Assembly (NCBI GenBank): GCA_032718475.1
Contig: JAUCBJ010006599.1
Span: 1 to 64,000, forward strand
Direction of reading: 5' to 3'
Origin: Nemertoderma westbladi
Lineage: Eukaryota > Animalia > Xenacoelomorpha
DNA: 64,000 nucleotides
In this document: positions 50,891 to 64,000 of the stretch, one piece after another
Layout: each line of letters begins with the position of its first letter
Position numbering within the stretch: position 1 is the stretch's first letter
Position numbers and translations under genes: made by a program
The notes under the pieces: generated by a model
Seen by the model: only the letters and a program-made list of their open reading frames with translations
Databases searched by the model: none
What the model was told of the DNA's origin: nothing

Positions 50891-51460
50891 TGTCAGAGCG
50901 ACCCGATTTTTAGGGGGTCTTAAACATATGTAGCAACGGATAAAATTGCCATAGCAACAGCTCTTATAGTAGATATGACGTGTTAAAATTTATGAAAGAT
51001 TACTATTTTGGATATGAAGAATTTAATGGCATATTTAGTTTTTTGAAAATACTGTACCATACAGCCATAGCAACCAACTGAAAATGACCTTGAAAGTTAG
51101 CAGTAGGGGTATTGGCAATGTCCTAGCAAGGGGCTTTAAGCGGGCGTAAGGCATTTGCAGTAGTCGTAGCGTCATTGGGGATCAGAGTCTACCACTTATA
51201 AAGTATTAGGAACAATATGCACTACTTTCTTGCTTGTAGTTGCCATGGCAACGATTAACTTTGGCTCGAAACGGGCTATATATTAGCCGTATAGCGTCAT
51301 TGAATCAATCTCCACCCCCACCATATCGAGTAGGCCTATAAGGAAAAATATGCGATATGTTTCAGTTTCTAGATGCTATGTCAACTTGTCATAATTGTTA
51401 ACAAAGTGTTTTTCATATCACTTAGCTGTTTTGACTACAGCGAATTTTGAAAGATAAGTG
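50891..51460. mobile_element. Probable non-autonomous DNA element rich in gttgccat(a/g)gcaac motifs
   Basis: Abrupt junction with the RTE endonuclease coding sequence; motifs at ~50946, ~51063 and 51239. Confidence 0.4.
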
Positions 51461-51466
51461 AGGTTT

Positions 51467-52204
51467 ACTTACATGATACGTACAGTATATTCAGAAATAT
51501 TTCATTTGTCATCACTTTATGTCCTATAACATTCTTAAATAACTGAAATTACATTGTGTTAAGAATTGCAATTACGACAGTAATCAGTGAACATAACACC
51601 GTTAGGCCTACAAGAACAAGAACAGTGCGCATGTCAGCCGCTAGGGGGCTACACGTGTAAACATTAAATGTCCTTCCATTTCTTTGCTACAGTATTATTC
51701 CGTTCAAGGTAAAACTTGGCAGATACTGTATTATGTACTAGACCATCAGTTGTATAATCCAAGTGAGGCTAATCCGTCTGCAGTTCTCAAGTCTACCGCT
51801 AGAGGGAGAAATTGTCTAATATATACATATACTGTACAAATAAAAGAGCGCATTCGAATTTATAAGGTTCTTTCAAACAACACTTTTTTGACATAAGAGA
51901 GGTTGATATGTTATGTATGGCACATTCTTCCTCTAGCGGCAGACTGGAGAACTGCTGGCCGATTAACCTCCCCACAAAGTCGCAGCATGTGGTCTAGTAC
52001 AGTACATACAGTATATGCCAAGTTTTACCTTAAAAGAAAAGAAAATGGAATGACATTTCATGTTTACACATGTAGCCTCCTAGCGGCGGTGTTATGTGCA
52101 CTAATTACTGTCGTAATTAGAATTCTTAACACAATGTAATTTCATGTATTTAGGAATGTTATAGGGCATAAAGTGATGACAAAATGTAATACGTATCATG
52201 TAAG
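51467..52204. mobile_element. Old MITE with ~200-bp imperfect inverted arms
   Basis: acttacatgatacgta...aattacattgtgttaagaatt...tccatttcttt (51467-51685) is the reverse complement of aaagaaaatgga...aattcttaacacaatgtaatt...tacgtatcatgtaag (52038-52204). Confidence 0.75.
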
Positions 52205-52785
52205 TTTTCTAAAGCAGAAACAACCAGAACAGTGGCACACGATGACAAGCAGATATATTATTTGAAATCAGTGCATGTAAATTGATCAGAAAAGTTTTAA
52301 ATTGAAAAGTCATAAATTTTATTTATGCTGATTATTAATCATTATCTTGAACAATTAAAACTAACGGGCCAGGCCGGGCCGAGACCCAAAGGTCGTATAA
52401 AAAACCGGCACGTGTCCATTAATTAATTGCACATCATAATTAACATGGGCCTACAGTATTCCTTTACTTTAAGTACTGTACATTGATGTTACAAAGTAGC
52501 ATTGGCCTTACGACGCTATTCATTTTAATTATCAGTAAATACTTTATGTATTAACTGCCTCAATTGTATTTCTATAGGCCTACGTTGAGTTTTAATGAAT
52601 AAAGAGTAGGCCTACATTCAATTCAAAAAAAATTATCTGGCCTTCATACAGAGTGCAAACAATGTACATTCAGTATATATTATAATTTATTAAAATGACT
52701 GTATTGCGACTGAACCGGGTCTATATAGGATAGAGACGTATCGACTTTGGCTTTTATAGACGAGTACTGAAGAGTGTGTTTGATA

Positions 52786-52920
52786 TGTCTAGACAAGTAT
52801 TGATTGTGCCCTGTGTCATGCACATTAGATAACATGTCTAGACAAATATTGATTGTGCCTGTGTCATGCACGTTAGATAACAATGTCTAGACAAACATTG
52901 ATTGTGTCTCTATGACATGC
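52786..52920. repeat. ~49-bp tandem repeat, ~3 copies
   Basis: tgtctagacaa(g/a)tattgattgtgcc...catgcac(a/g)ttagataaca. Confidence 0.8.
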
Positions 52921-54092
52921 TTGTTCATGTTCCTACTCCTACTGTATAAATTATTTGATTTTACATTTTAAATGAAATACTTGAACTTTTTAATAGCGGT
53001 GGAGATCTTTTATAATAATAATAATAATGCACTGTGAGTTTCTTGTAATCTATACATTTTTTATTTACCTGACGTCTCGAGAAGGTTTTATCTATGATGG
53101 GGACTTGTATGATGTCTACTGTACTTTGTATGTACAATAAATACTTTACTTAGCAATTACTCAATTATTCTTCAATGCAATCTTCATTTCATTTTTAAAA
53201 ATTTTGCTTTAAAACTAAGCATTTAGTTTTAAACAATAAGTTTTATAAAACAGACTCTATTTCTAGTTCGATTTCGAAAAAATAGAAACTTCTTTATATT
53301 TTCTCAATTTGTTATTGCCGTACAGCTATGATTTGTTCTGAACAACCCCATCCACTTTCCCAACCACAGGTCCCGATATCTCACAAAGCCGTTAGGTTTA
53401 ACACCCATTCCGAAGCACCCACAAGGGATACTTTCAAAAAAATAAGATTGATCTTGAATGAGATAAAATGGACTAGACTAGTGAAGTTCTCTATTTAGAG
53501 AGTAAGCCTACCTACAGTACTGTAAGTAGGGCGAATAAAAATTACTGTATTATCATTGGTATTCGAATTGAATATAGTCAAGGACTTCTAGACATAGTAT
53601 ATATTCTATGTATACTATGTTCTAGAAGTCCTTGATATAGTGTAGTACTGTAGCTGTTAACCGGACTACCGAGATGGTAGGCGGTGATATAAGAACCTCC
53701 GACTCGGTTCCACACCCTCAAACTCCCGTCAATAGACACTGAAGCGTAAAGAAATTGAATGCTACAGTATGTTGTAGTTGTGGAATGTACATAGAACACG
53801 CACCTATGGGATGGAACATTTAGGGCATGCTACACATACTGTTGTTAATGTATGGAACGTTGAAGGAATGGAATACATACTGCAGTATTGCACCAGTACT
53901 TTATGGAATGCTTAAGGCATGACGGTAACTGTGTGGATCAAATAGCTATTAAATGAGGTTGGGAACTCGTACTATTGTAAGGGAAATTTATAAAGAAGTA
54001 TTCAAATTTATAATAAAATATGCAAGAAATATGGTGCGGAACCCGTACCATGTTTACTATGGATCGCGTGCCTAGAATAAGATACTCGTTAA

Positions 54093-55430
54093 CCCTATTA
54101 AACGATGACCCCCCCCCCCCCCCCCCCGTGGTTTTTTTATGATAATTCTGAAACAAACGCAGTTGGGAAGCTGTAATTTTAAGACTTTTCCTAAAAATCT
54201 ATTGTCTTCCTAGTAGTGAAAACCGTTTTCAAGAATATTGGGTAGTTTTCGAGTTATAGCACCCTTTTTTAACCCTACTTTTGGCACTTTTTTTTGAGAC
54301 GTTTTTTGAAAATTACATTTCATTAAATATGAATTGTAACATCTCTATTTTTGATTTACATCGGTGTTTTGGTGTTAGTAATTGGTTGGAATTCATATAA
54401 ATTGATTTAGAAATTTCAAACTTGTTTTTTTCGGCGGGTGCCAAATTTTGGTGCCAGCACCAAATTTTGAATTATGTCAATTTTGTAAATTGATTGTTTG
54501 AAACTTGTTTTTCACGCAATTGGGGTTTTTTGGGGTTCTGGTTTCGATGAAATATATACGAGTTTCACCAAGGTTATCAAACTTGTATTTTTCGGTGCTG
54601 TGTGCAAATTTTGGTGCTTGCACCAAATTTTGAAAACCATCAAATACAGTATATCAATTGATTGTGTCACCTTGTTTCTTGCGTTATACGGGTTTGTGGG
54701 GGTTCTGAATTCAATGGAATCAGTAAAAATTTTATAAGAGTTTTCAAACTTGTATTTTTCGCCGGTAGGTGAAAATTGTTGTGCCAGTACCAAATTTTGG
54801 AAAAGAAGCAAATTGATCAGTATATATTATCATCTTGTTTCTTACGTTATACGGATTAATGAGGGTCCTGAATCCGATGGAATCAATAAAAACAGCGCTG
54901 GACATCGCAAACTTGTACTTTTTGGTGACGGGTACGTAATTTTGTGCTAGCACCAAAATTTGCCAAATTACGCCGAAAAATACAAGTAGCAATGATCTGG
55001 CATGCTGAAAATGTGAATTTATAGCATCGTATAAGTGAATTAAAAATTTTGTGTTCTAACTGAAAAGTTATGGTTACTTGTTTTTTTCATTTTTTTTCCT
55101 ACGCAGAGAGGACTAAACAGCCATTTATATAGTAATCATATCATTATTAAATATTTTCCAATGTATTTTGCGCCCCAGAAAACCTGTATTGAAAAACAAT
55201 TAGCTGAAAAATGGAACTTTCAAATTTTGTGAAAATTGTGCACTACTTGTAATTTTGGTGCTGCAATATAACCACCTCAGTAAATTTTTTCGAAAATTTT
55301 TTTTTCGGTCGGATCCAGACTAGTGATACCTACGTACAAACAAAAAAATCAGACATTTTCGTAAAAATTTGAAGATTTTAGAGGGGGGGGGGGGGGGGTC
55401 AATATGCCCCCCCCCCCCCCCCCCCCACCG
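54093..55430. mobile_element. piggyBac-like non-autonomous element; right end not found
   Basis: TTAA|CCCT left terminus, poly-C/poly-G subterminal tracts, internal aaattttggtgc / aaacttgtattttt repeats, and G-run tcaatatg C-run at ~55384-55426. No AGGG|TTAA seen. Confidence 0.55.
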
Positions 55431-55845
55431 GTATTTGTACAGCATTTTATAGCCCGTGTTGCTGCAGTTATGAATTCTGCCTTTAAATTACTTATTTTAC
55501 CAACTTCACTCAAAAAACTATATTTTTATTGATAAAGGACCAGTTGCGGTGTCATACAGTATTAATTATTTATATAGAATTATTCTCTAGTAAGGGTTCT
55601 TACGCCATCTAGTGCTATTATACCCATATTCGAACTGATTTACTAAACCGGTTAACCCTCAATGGAATACGTGATGTCTTATTGGTCCAAATTATTGTAT
55701 TTAGTGAACCTAGTATATAATGTTCGTTGGTTGGCCTTTTCAGCCACTTGATGTATTGGTGTTCTGCACAGGAGTTACTTCCTATGCAGGCCCTTGAACA
55801 CTTGCCATAGTAGTTATATAGTTTACCAGTTTAGTTATACTGTAC

Positions 55846-56040
55846 CGTTCTAATGCTCTTTGGAAGGCGTAAGTTCCGTCTTCTTTAAAACAACATCGAA
55901 TGCACCGAAACAGCATAGTCGCTGATTGCCATTGTACAAACACATTCGCGGACATTCCCAAACGGGGTGTATGTGTCCACTCTTACACATGGAACATTGG
56001 ATACTGTTCTCATCGAAGTCGCATGACCTGGTACACACCT
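55846..56040 (-). pseudogene. Frameshifted PHD-finger exon remnant
   Basis: After an AG acceptor: VCTRSCDFDENSIQCSMCK, frameshift, then WTHTPRLGMSANVFVQWQSATMLFRCIRC..., matching SIQCxxCxxWxH...FxCxxC; followed by a GT donor. Confidence 0.55.
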
Positions 56041-56249
56041 AAAACAATTGGTTTACAAATTAAATTTGATATTTTATGAAATACAGTATCTGTAGTAATA
56101 TGAACTCTGGGAACTCACCATGATACATGGCTCGCCCCATGAAGTATCATGCAGTATCAAATGTATTACATCGGGGTAAATGATACAGTACACAATAGTG
56201 TTTGGCGGCGCAGGTTCGAATCTGACTAAATGCTGTAGAAATTTCGCAC

Positions 56250-59200
56250 TGATTGTATCCTCCGTTGTGGCAACTATAGCATCTGTTGGGGCGATTGTTT
56301 CCACCATTGTGGCAACTATATCATCTGTCGTGGCGATTGTTTCCTCCGTTGTGGCAACTATTATATCTTTTGGGACGATTGTTTCCTCCGTTGTGGCAAC
56401 TATCATCTGTTGTCGCCATTGTTTCCTCCGTTGTGGCAACTATAGCATCTCTTGTGGCGATTGTATCCTCCGTTATGGCAACTATAGCATCTGTTGGGGC
56501 GATTATTTCCTTCGTTATGGCAACTATAGCATCTGTTGTGGCGATTGTTTCCTCCGTTGTGGCAATTATAGCATCTGTTGGGGCGATTCTTTCCTCCGTT
56601 GTGGCAACTATAATATCTGTTGGGGCGTTTCTATCCCCCGTTATGGCAACTATAGCATCTGTTGTCGCCATTGTTTCCTCCGTTGTGGCAACTATAGCAT
56701 CTGTTGTGGCGATTGTTTCACCCGTTGTGGCAACTATAGCATCTGTTGGGGCGATTGTTTCCTCCGTTGTGGCAACTATAATATCTGTTGTGGCGATTGT
56801 TTCCTCCGTTGTGGCAACTATAATATCTGTTGAGGCGATTGTTTCCTCCGTTGTGGCAACTATAATATCTGTTGTGGCGATTGTTTCCCCCGTTATGGCA
56901 ACTATAGCATCTGTCGTGGCGATTGTTTCCTCCGTTGTGGCAACTACAGCATCTTTTGGGGCGATTATTTCCTTCGTTATGGCAACTATAGCATCTGTTG
57001 GGGCGTTTGTATCCCCCGTTATGGCAACTATAGCATCTGTTGTCACCATTGTTTCCTCCGTTGTGGCAATTATAGCATCTGTTGTGGCGATTGAATCCTC
57101 CGTTGTGGCAACTATAGCATCTGTTGGGGCGTTTGTATCCCCCGTTATGCTATAGCATCTGTTGTCGCCATTGCTTCCTCCGTTATGGCAACTATAGCAT
57201 CTGTTGTGGCGATTGAATCCTCCGTTGTGGCAACTTATAGCATCTGTTGGGGCGTTTGTATCCCCCGTTACGGCAACTATAGCATCTGTTGTCGCCATTG
57301 TTTCCTCCGTTGTGGCAACTATAGCATCTGTTGCGGCGATTGTTTCCCCCGTTGTGGCAACTATAGCATCTGTCGTGGCGATTGTTTCCTCCGTTGTGGC
57401 AACTACAGCATCTGTCGTGGCGATTGTTTCCTCCGTTGTGGCAACTATAGCATCTGTTGGGGCGATTGTTTCCTCCGTTGTGGCAACTACAGCATCTGTT
57501 GGGGCGATTGTTTCCCCCGTTGTGGCAACTATAGCATCTGTCGTGGCGATTGTTTCCTCCGTTGTGGCGACTATAGCATCTGTTGGGGCGATTGTTTCCT
57601 CCGTTGTGGCAACTATAGCATCTGTTGTGGCGATTGAATCCTCCGTTGTGGCAACTTATAGCATCTGTTGGGGCGTTTGTATCCCCCGTTATGGCAACTA
57701 TAGCATCTGTTGTCGCCAATGTTTCCTCCGTTATGGCAACTATAGCATCTGTTGTGGCGATTGAATCCTCCGTTGTGGCAACTTATAGCATCTGTTGGGG
57801 CGTTTGTATCCCCCGTTATGGCAACTATAGCATCTGTTGTCGCCATTGTTTCCTCCGTTGTGGCAACTATAGCATCTGTTGTGGCGATTGTATCCTCCGT
57901 TGTGGCAACTATAGCATCTGTTGTGGCGATTGTTTCACCCGTTGTGGCAACTATAGCATCTGTTGTGGCGATTGAATCCTCCGTTGTGGCAACTATAGCA
58001 TCTGTTGTGGCGATTGAATCATCCGTTGTGGCAACTATAGCATCTGTTGTGGCGATTGTATCCTCCGTTGTGGCAACTATAGCATCTGTTGTGGCGATTG
58101 TTTCACCCGTTGTGGCAACTATAGCATCTGTTGTGGCGATTGAATCCTCCGTTGTGGCAACTATAGCATCTGTTGTGGCGATTGAATCCCCCGTTGTGGC
58201 AACTATAGCATCTGTTGGGGCGTTTGTATCCCCCGTTATGGCAACTATAGCATCTGTTGTCGCCATTGTTTCCTCCGTTGTGGCAACTATAGCATCTGTT
58301 GTGGCGATTGAATCATCCGTTGTGGCAACTATATCATCTGTTGGGGCGTTTGTATCCCCCGCTATGGCAACTATATAGCATCTGTTGTCGCCATTGTTTC
58401 CTCCGTTGTGGCAACTATAGCATCTGTTGTGGCGATTGAATCCTCCGTTGTGGCAACTATATCATCTGTTGGGGCGTTTGTATCCCCCGTTATGGCAACT
58501 ATAGCATCTGTTGTCGCCATTGTTTCCTCCGTTGTGGCAACTATAGCATCTGTTTTGGCGATTGTATCCTCCGTTGTGGCAACTATAGCATCTGTTGTGG
58601 CGATTGTTTCACCCGTTGTGGCAACTACAGCATCTGTTGGGGCGATTGTTTCCTCCGTTGTGGCAACTATAGCATCTGTTGTGACGATTGAATCCTCCGT
58701 TGTGGCAACTATAGCATCTGTTGGGGCGTTTGTATCCCCCGTTATGGCAACTATAGCATCTGTTGCCGCCATTGTTTCCTCCGTTGTGGCAACTATAGCA
58801 TCTGTTGTGGCGATTGAATCCTCCGTTGTGGCAACTATAGCATCTGTTGGGGCGTTTGTATCCCCCGTTATGGCAACTATAGCATCTGTTTTCGCCATTG
58901 TTTCCTCCGTTGTGGCAACTATATAGCATCTGTTGTGGCGATTGTTTCCTCCGTTGTGGCAACTATAGCATCTGTTGTGGCGATTGAATCCTCCGTTGTG
59001 GCAACTATAGCATCTGTTGGGGCGTTTTGTATCCCCCGTTATGGCAACTATAGCATCTGTTGTCGCCATTGTTTCCTCCGTTGTGGCAACTATAGCATCT
59101 GTTGTGGCGATTGTATCCTCCGTTGTGGCAACTATAGCATCCGTTGTGGCGATTGTATCCTCCGTTGTGGCAACTATATCATCTGTTGTGGCGATTGTTA

Positions 59201-59590
59201 CCCAGTTGTGGCAACCATAACATCTGTTGTGGCGATTGTTTCCCCCGTTGTGGCAACTATAGCATCTGTTGTTGTGATTGTTTCTTCCGTTGGGGCAACT
59301 ATATCATCTGGTGTGGCGATTGCTTCCTCAGTTGTGGCAACTATACGGTAGCACCTGTTTGTGTCTGTTGATCATAATGTTTGGTTGTCGCGATTGTTCC
59401 ATCCAATATGGCAAGTATAAACCCGATTGTGTCTATTATTTCCTCCATTATCATAATATGGCAAGTATAAAAAACCATATTATGACGATTGTTTCCTCCA
59501 TTTGCGGAAACTATAACCTCCGTTGCGGCGATTGTTTCCTATATATATGCATATTGGCAAGTATAACCTCCGTTGTGGCGATTTTATCAT
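56250..59590. repeat. 39-bp minisatellite (attgtttcctccgttgtggcaactatagcatctgttgtggcg variants), ~80 units, degenerate after 59345
   Basis: 13-codon periodicity, several recurring variant monomers, and sporadic indels. Confidence 0.96.
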
Positions 59591-61619
59591 CAAAATATTG
59601 GAACTGACCCAAACAGTACCCACCCACGCACATATTTATGGGTTACACTGATAAACTGAAAGTACAGTACTTTGTACCGGTACCATCCTATATCAACACA
59701 TCTAGGCATGCAGAACATGAATTCAGGTTTTACTTAATTAATAAATTAATTAAGCATTTAAGTCAAATATTTTCTTTCCGTTTATCTTCACAATCTTCGT
59801 AAATTGTAATTCCAGATCTTTTTGCCACACGCCGTTGTGATATGAATGAGTCCGATATAACTCCGTATTTCACCGTTGGGGCTGTTGGGTCCGTTTGGGT
59901 TTTTCTCTTTTTAGTCCTACCGCTCCTATGTAACCTGCTCCTTTCCCCCAATAGATAAAGTGATCGTTTATTGTTTTGGTTAGAAAAACCCACCTCTGGA
60001 ACCTGCTCTTTTGCCTTAATAGGTAAAGTTATTGATATTGTTTTGGTTAGAATAGCCCGTCTATGTAACCTGCTCCGATGAGGCCTCAATTGGTAAGGTG
60101 CTCGTTTATTGTTTTGGTTAGAAGCCTGCCTCTTTAACCTGCTACTTTCCATCAATTGGTAATTGTTTTTGGCTATAAAATGAGTGTTTTGCTAGTCATA
60201 TGGAAATCGATTATCGACAACATACAGAAATTATTAAATATAGAGTCTTTTACTACAGGCGCATATGGAAATCTATCTCATAGTCTAGAAATCATCAAAT
60301 TTTGAATGTTTTGCCACAAAGCAATGCCATGCCGCAAGTATTGTAAATTAAACCATCTGACAGTCCAGAAATCAGCGGTCTGACAGTTTGAAGAAATACA
60401 TAGGCAGATAGGGGAGGGGCCTACATACTGACATAAAACAGTAAAAAGTCAATAAACGGACAACAAAAGTCTGAAAGTCATGCACAATTCGTAAAAAAAG
60501 GCGGACAAAAAAGTCAAAAGAACGGAAGTAAAAAATCAATGCCTATTGAAATAATGAATAGGCCTACCGCCTACGCTACGAGTGGAGTAGGTGGTGCAGT
60601 CAGGGAGATCATCAATTTTGGGGTTACCCCAAATTTCGAATTCTGGTAATAGACTGTCGAATATTGGGGTTTTTTGTTCAAATTTGAGGTATTTTTAGGC
60701 TCATAATATCGAGTTTTGCTGCGACTTAGGGAAACTGTTGGAGCAACTTCTACTTTTAATATGTTAAAATATAATGTAAAATAAGAACTTTTATCGATGC
60801 AATAAAATATTTCACCGATGCAAACATGCTTTTATTGGGGGCGAAAATTGAAATTTGAGGTTAAACCTCAAATTTGAGACAAAACCTCAAATTTTGCCAG
60901 TCTTTACAACATCACCAGCCTGCCAGCCAGCCAGCAGTAGGGTGTAGCAGTAGGCTTTGCTGCTTAGTGCTTATAGAGCTTGGTGAGAATAGGTGACCAG
61001 TGCAGCAGTGTAACCTGTGACATGACATGTATGCAGGGTAGGCTTAACCTAACACCACAGCAACTTACAGTCAATAACTTTAATGATTGTTAACTCCATT
61101 AGTGATTGGTGATAAAAATGCAGAAGACTAGAGAAATTCGCTATCCTTACAGCCTTACTGTTGGTAAGAAGAAAAGTAGACCAAATCCTCACTGTCAGAC
61201 TGTTGCGAGATTCAAGCTCACACAGCTGCACAGTCACAGTATCAGGAAGGCCTACTATATCTTGTAGATGTTGAATCAATTCCAGAATTTGGAAGTTTGC
61301 ATATTGGCATTCGTCGGTTCTGTTCATCATTCATATCACACATCTTCGGAAAAAAAATATGTTTTCTGGTTGTTGTTGTCCTCTCTGATAGTCCTCTGAT
61401 AGTCCTCTCTGATGTCCTGGACTGATTTCTAGACAAATGTTGCCGCAAAGGTTGACGTGGTTTATACAATATATGTGGACTTGATTCTTTTGTTAGTTAT
61501 TCTATACGACTGGAGAGTGGGAGACTCTAAAGTTGGAACCACTACCTACTGCAGTATACATCAATTAAAGTTCAATTTGATAATGTCTGAATGTGCTTTA
61601 AACTTATGTAAAGATCTAA

Positions 61620-62040
61620 ACCTGATCCTCCATTACAACAATGTGCAACATCCTCGCAGACTATTTTAATATCCCAGCCAGACATCCAATGCAATCATGA
61701 CCTGGCCATATATATAAAATTATGAAGCAAAGGCCATGCCCCGCCCATCTGCCCATGTCTACTCTACATGTTCCATACACCACCTCTTCTTTATCAGGGT
61801 CATTAACATATGGAACATGATGGACCTGGAACACAGTAGAAACATCATCGTCACTAATCGCTATTCTTTTAAACAGTCTTTAGACTCTGCTTTCTTATCA
61901 AGACATCTGAAATGTTTTAGAAATCTAAGTGACTGTTTGTTTATACTATACAGCCTGATCCACCATTACAGCAATGTGCAACATCCTCCCAGACTATTTT
62001 AATATCCCAGAAATCTATGTGACTGTTTGTTTATTTACTA
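61620..62040 (+). mobile_element. CR1/L2-type LINE 3'-end remnant with local ~335-bp-spaced duplication
   Basis: HHLFFIRVINIWN...SFKQSLD motif; cctgatc..ccattaca.caatgtgcaacatcctc.cagactattttaatatcccag occurs twice. Confidence 0.5.
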
Positions 62041-62515
62041 TACATCCTTTTAAATTGACCTTATGAGGAACCAGAATCATTTATAACTTGGGCAAAAAGT
62101 ATAACTTTTTTCACTAACCTATTCTCGAGGCTTTATCTCATCTCTGGTCTGGAGTATACCTTGCAGTCTCTAAAGTTGCATTGCAATAGTGTGTAGGGAT
62201 TAATTTTGCTCAAATTACCTGCAAACCTTTTCTACTCTGATGCGCGATGCTATTTCAACACATTCAATGAAATTTTAGAAATTCCACCAAAAATATGTTG
62301 GCACTTGTGTCAAATCAAATAGGTGACCTTCCTAATCGGCTAATCCTGAAATCAACTGCTAATCCAAAATTTAGTGCAGGAGATATCAATATTCCTAACT
62401 CTTGTTTATTGTTTTTTGGTTACTTTCAACTCACTTCTGTAATTGCTCCTTTGCTAACCCTGAAACCGGGCACTAGTGACTTCAGTTTAGGTGATTTCAG
62501 GATTAGGAGCTAGGA

Positions 62516-62987
62516 GGGTCCCCTATTTGACACAAGTGCCAATCTGCCAATATTTTATTTTACTTTTTTTATCGGGAGAAAAACTAAAATCAATACAATA
62601 TCATGGCTGAATGGTACATTATTATGTGGCAATATTATTCAATATTATTGCTGACTTTGCAATAAGCTGTCACCGTCCCATCTCCCAACAAAAAGTTACA
62701 ATATGATGGCGATGGGGTGGGGGGGGACAACTTTTTCCCTACCAGTAGGGAAAAAAAGTACGTCTACTACTTTTTCTCCCGATTTTAGGGCATATTCAAG
62801 CAAAAAGTAATAATTTAAAAATATAAGTTCTTTAAGCGCGGGCCACCCTACCAGTGACCATTACAGCAATAACCATCCAGCCATCAGACCATTAGAACTA
62901 GAAACTCATATATTTAACCTCTTTGACATATTTTTCTTATTTTATTATACTTCCTATTGGCAGATTGGCTAATTTGTGGAGGCCCTA
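62516..62987. mobile_element. Nested small MITE
   Basis: gccaatctgccaata (~62538) is inverted as tattggcagattggc (~62955); aggg...cccta ends. Confidence 0.45.
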
Positions 62988-64000
62988 TTAATGTATTGCC
63001 AGCACTGACTGACTGATACCTACCTAGACCTACCCTACCATTCATATCCTGACTTTTAAACACTTAAATAGCCCTTACTTTTAGCTAACAGTACTGTATA
63101 ATAATAAGCCTTTTTAAACTAATGTAATATGTTTTAAACATTATATTTCACTGCACTCAGACACTAGGCCTACATCAGTTCATAGTTTTTTACCTTTGCA
63201 ATACAGTAACAAGCTAACAACTACAGAACTAGGCCAACTATGACCTATGTCTGTATCTGACTATGAAATTCAAATTTGGGGTAAAACTCAAATTTAGAGA
63301 ATTAACCTAACCTTGTATTAAATTTGAGGTAATTCCAAAATTGGGTCTATAATTTGAAATTTGAGGTATTCTCAAATTTGATGATCTCCCTGACTGCTGG
63401 GTGGTAGGGTCTAAACGCGAGCGAAGCTAGCGGAAAGCCTAGTACAGTAGTACCGGTACCGGTACTGGAGATAGTATCGAAGTTTGATATTCAGATATTT
63501 TATAGAGTACTGGAGTAGGTAGGCCTACGCTAGAGTTTGGAGTTCTGGAGTTTCTATCGGTACCCGGCACCCGGCCTGCCGGCTGCCCGGTACAGCGGTA
63601 GGCCTACATACCGCAGTACCGGTATGTTTTCTGATTGTTTAATGGTCATTGTCACTATTGTCAGGGTCCCAGTTTAGTGCGAAACTTTGACGTTGTCAGA
63701 AATTAGTATCGGTTTTAATTCATATTTTTTCATATTCATCATTCAGTCATTATTAGGCCTATCGCTGTATCGGTTTTCATTTTGATATTATAATCTAAGT
63801 ACCGTACCTGATTAGTGATTAGGCCTATTGAGTAGGGCTACGGTACCGTAATCAATGATGCGGTGCGGTATCCAATTGACAAGGCCTATATCTCATCTGT
63901 CAGTCTGTATATCAGTATATCGCTATATCTGTCTGTACCGGTATTGTATGAGAATAACTGTATGTAAACGTCTGATTTAGTAATATTAAAATGTCATCGA

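Larger units (their letters stand above)
60596..63397. mobile_element. Non-autonomous TIR DNA transposon (hAT-like?), ~2.8 kb, with nested fragments
   Basis: TIRs gcagtcagggagatcatcaa(t/a)tttg; flanks taggtggt and tgggtggt (7/8 match to an 8-bp TSD); subterminal aaatttgagg / cctcaaattt repeats at both ends. Confidence 0.72.

Noticed and set aside
56074-59371. Mucin-like or Cys-rich protein gene
   Set aside because: 39-bp repeat with frequent frameshifts, no signal peptide and no unique coding flanks.
59763-60155. 130-aa basic protein
   Set aside because: Non-ATG start and built from degenerate internal repeats; no recognisable domain.

Overview
AT-rich, repeat-dominated animal (probably invertebrate) genomic DNA, not prokaryotic. 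In order: a ~9.6 kb 103-bp satellite with higher-order structure; a head-to-tail stack of 5'-truncated LINEs (RTE, L2/Crack-like); a 24-bp minisatellite; an intronless Ly6/uPAR-like GPI-anchored gene; a foldback MITE; a U2 snRNA gene; a young 12.3 kb non-autonomous BEL/Pao LTR element (1189-bp LTRs, 5-bp TSD, Gag-protease only, plus an extra zinc-knuckle ORF and structured RNA motifs); an apparently intact 5.25 kb IS3EU-type DNA transposon (TATGG termini, 6-bp TSD) carrying a DDE transposase and a convergent HECT E3 ubiquitin ligase; an intronless SNX1/2 gene; an orphan membrane-protein ORF; SINEs, MITEs, a longer RTE copy and a 39-bp minisatellite. The best candidates for new biology are the transposase + HECT ligase transposon, the Pol-deleted but recently mobile BEL element, and the clusters of TA-xxx-TA words at likely promoters. 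All calls were made by eye, without database searches.
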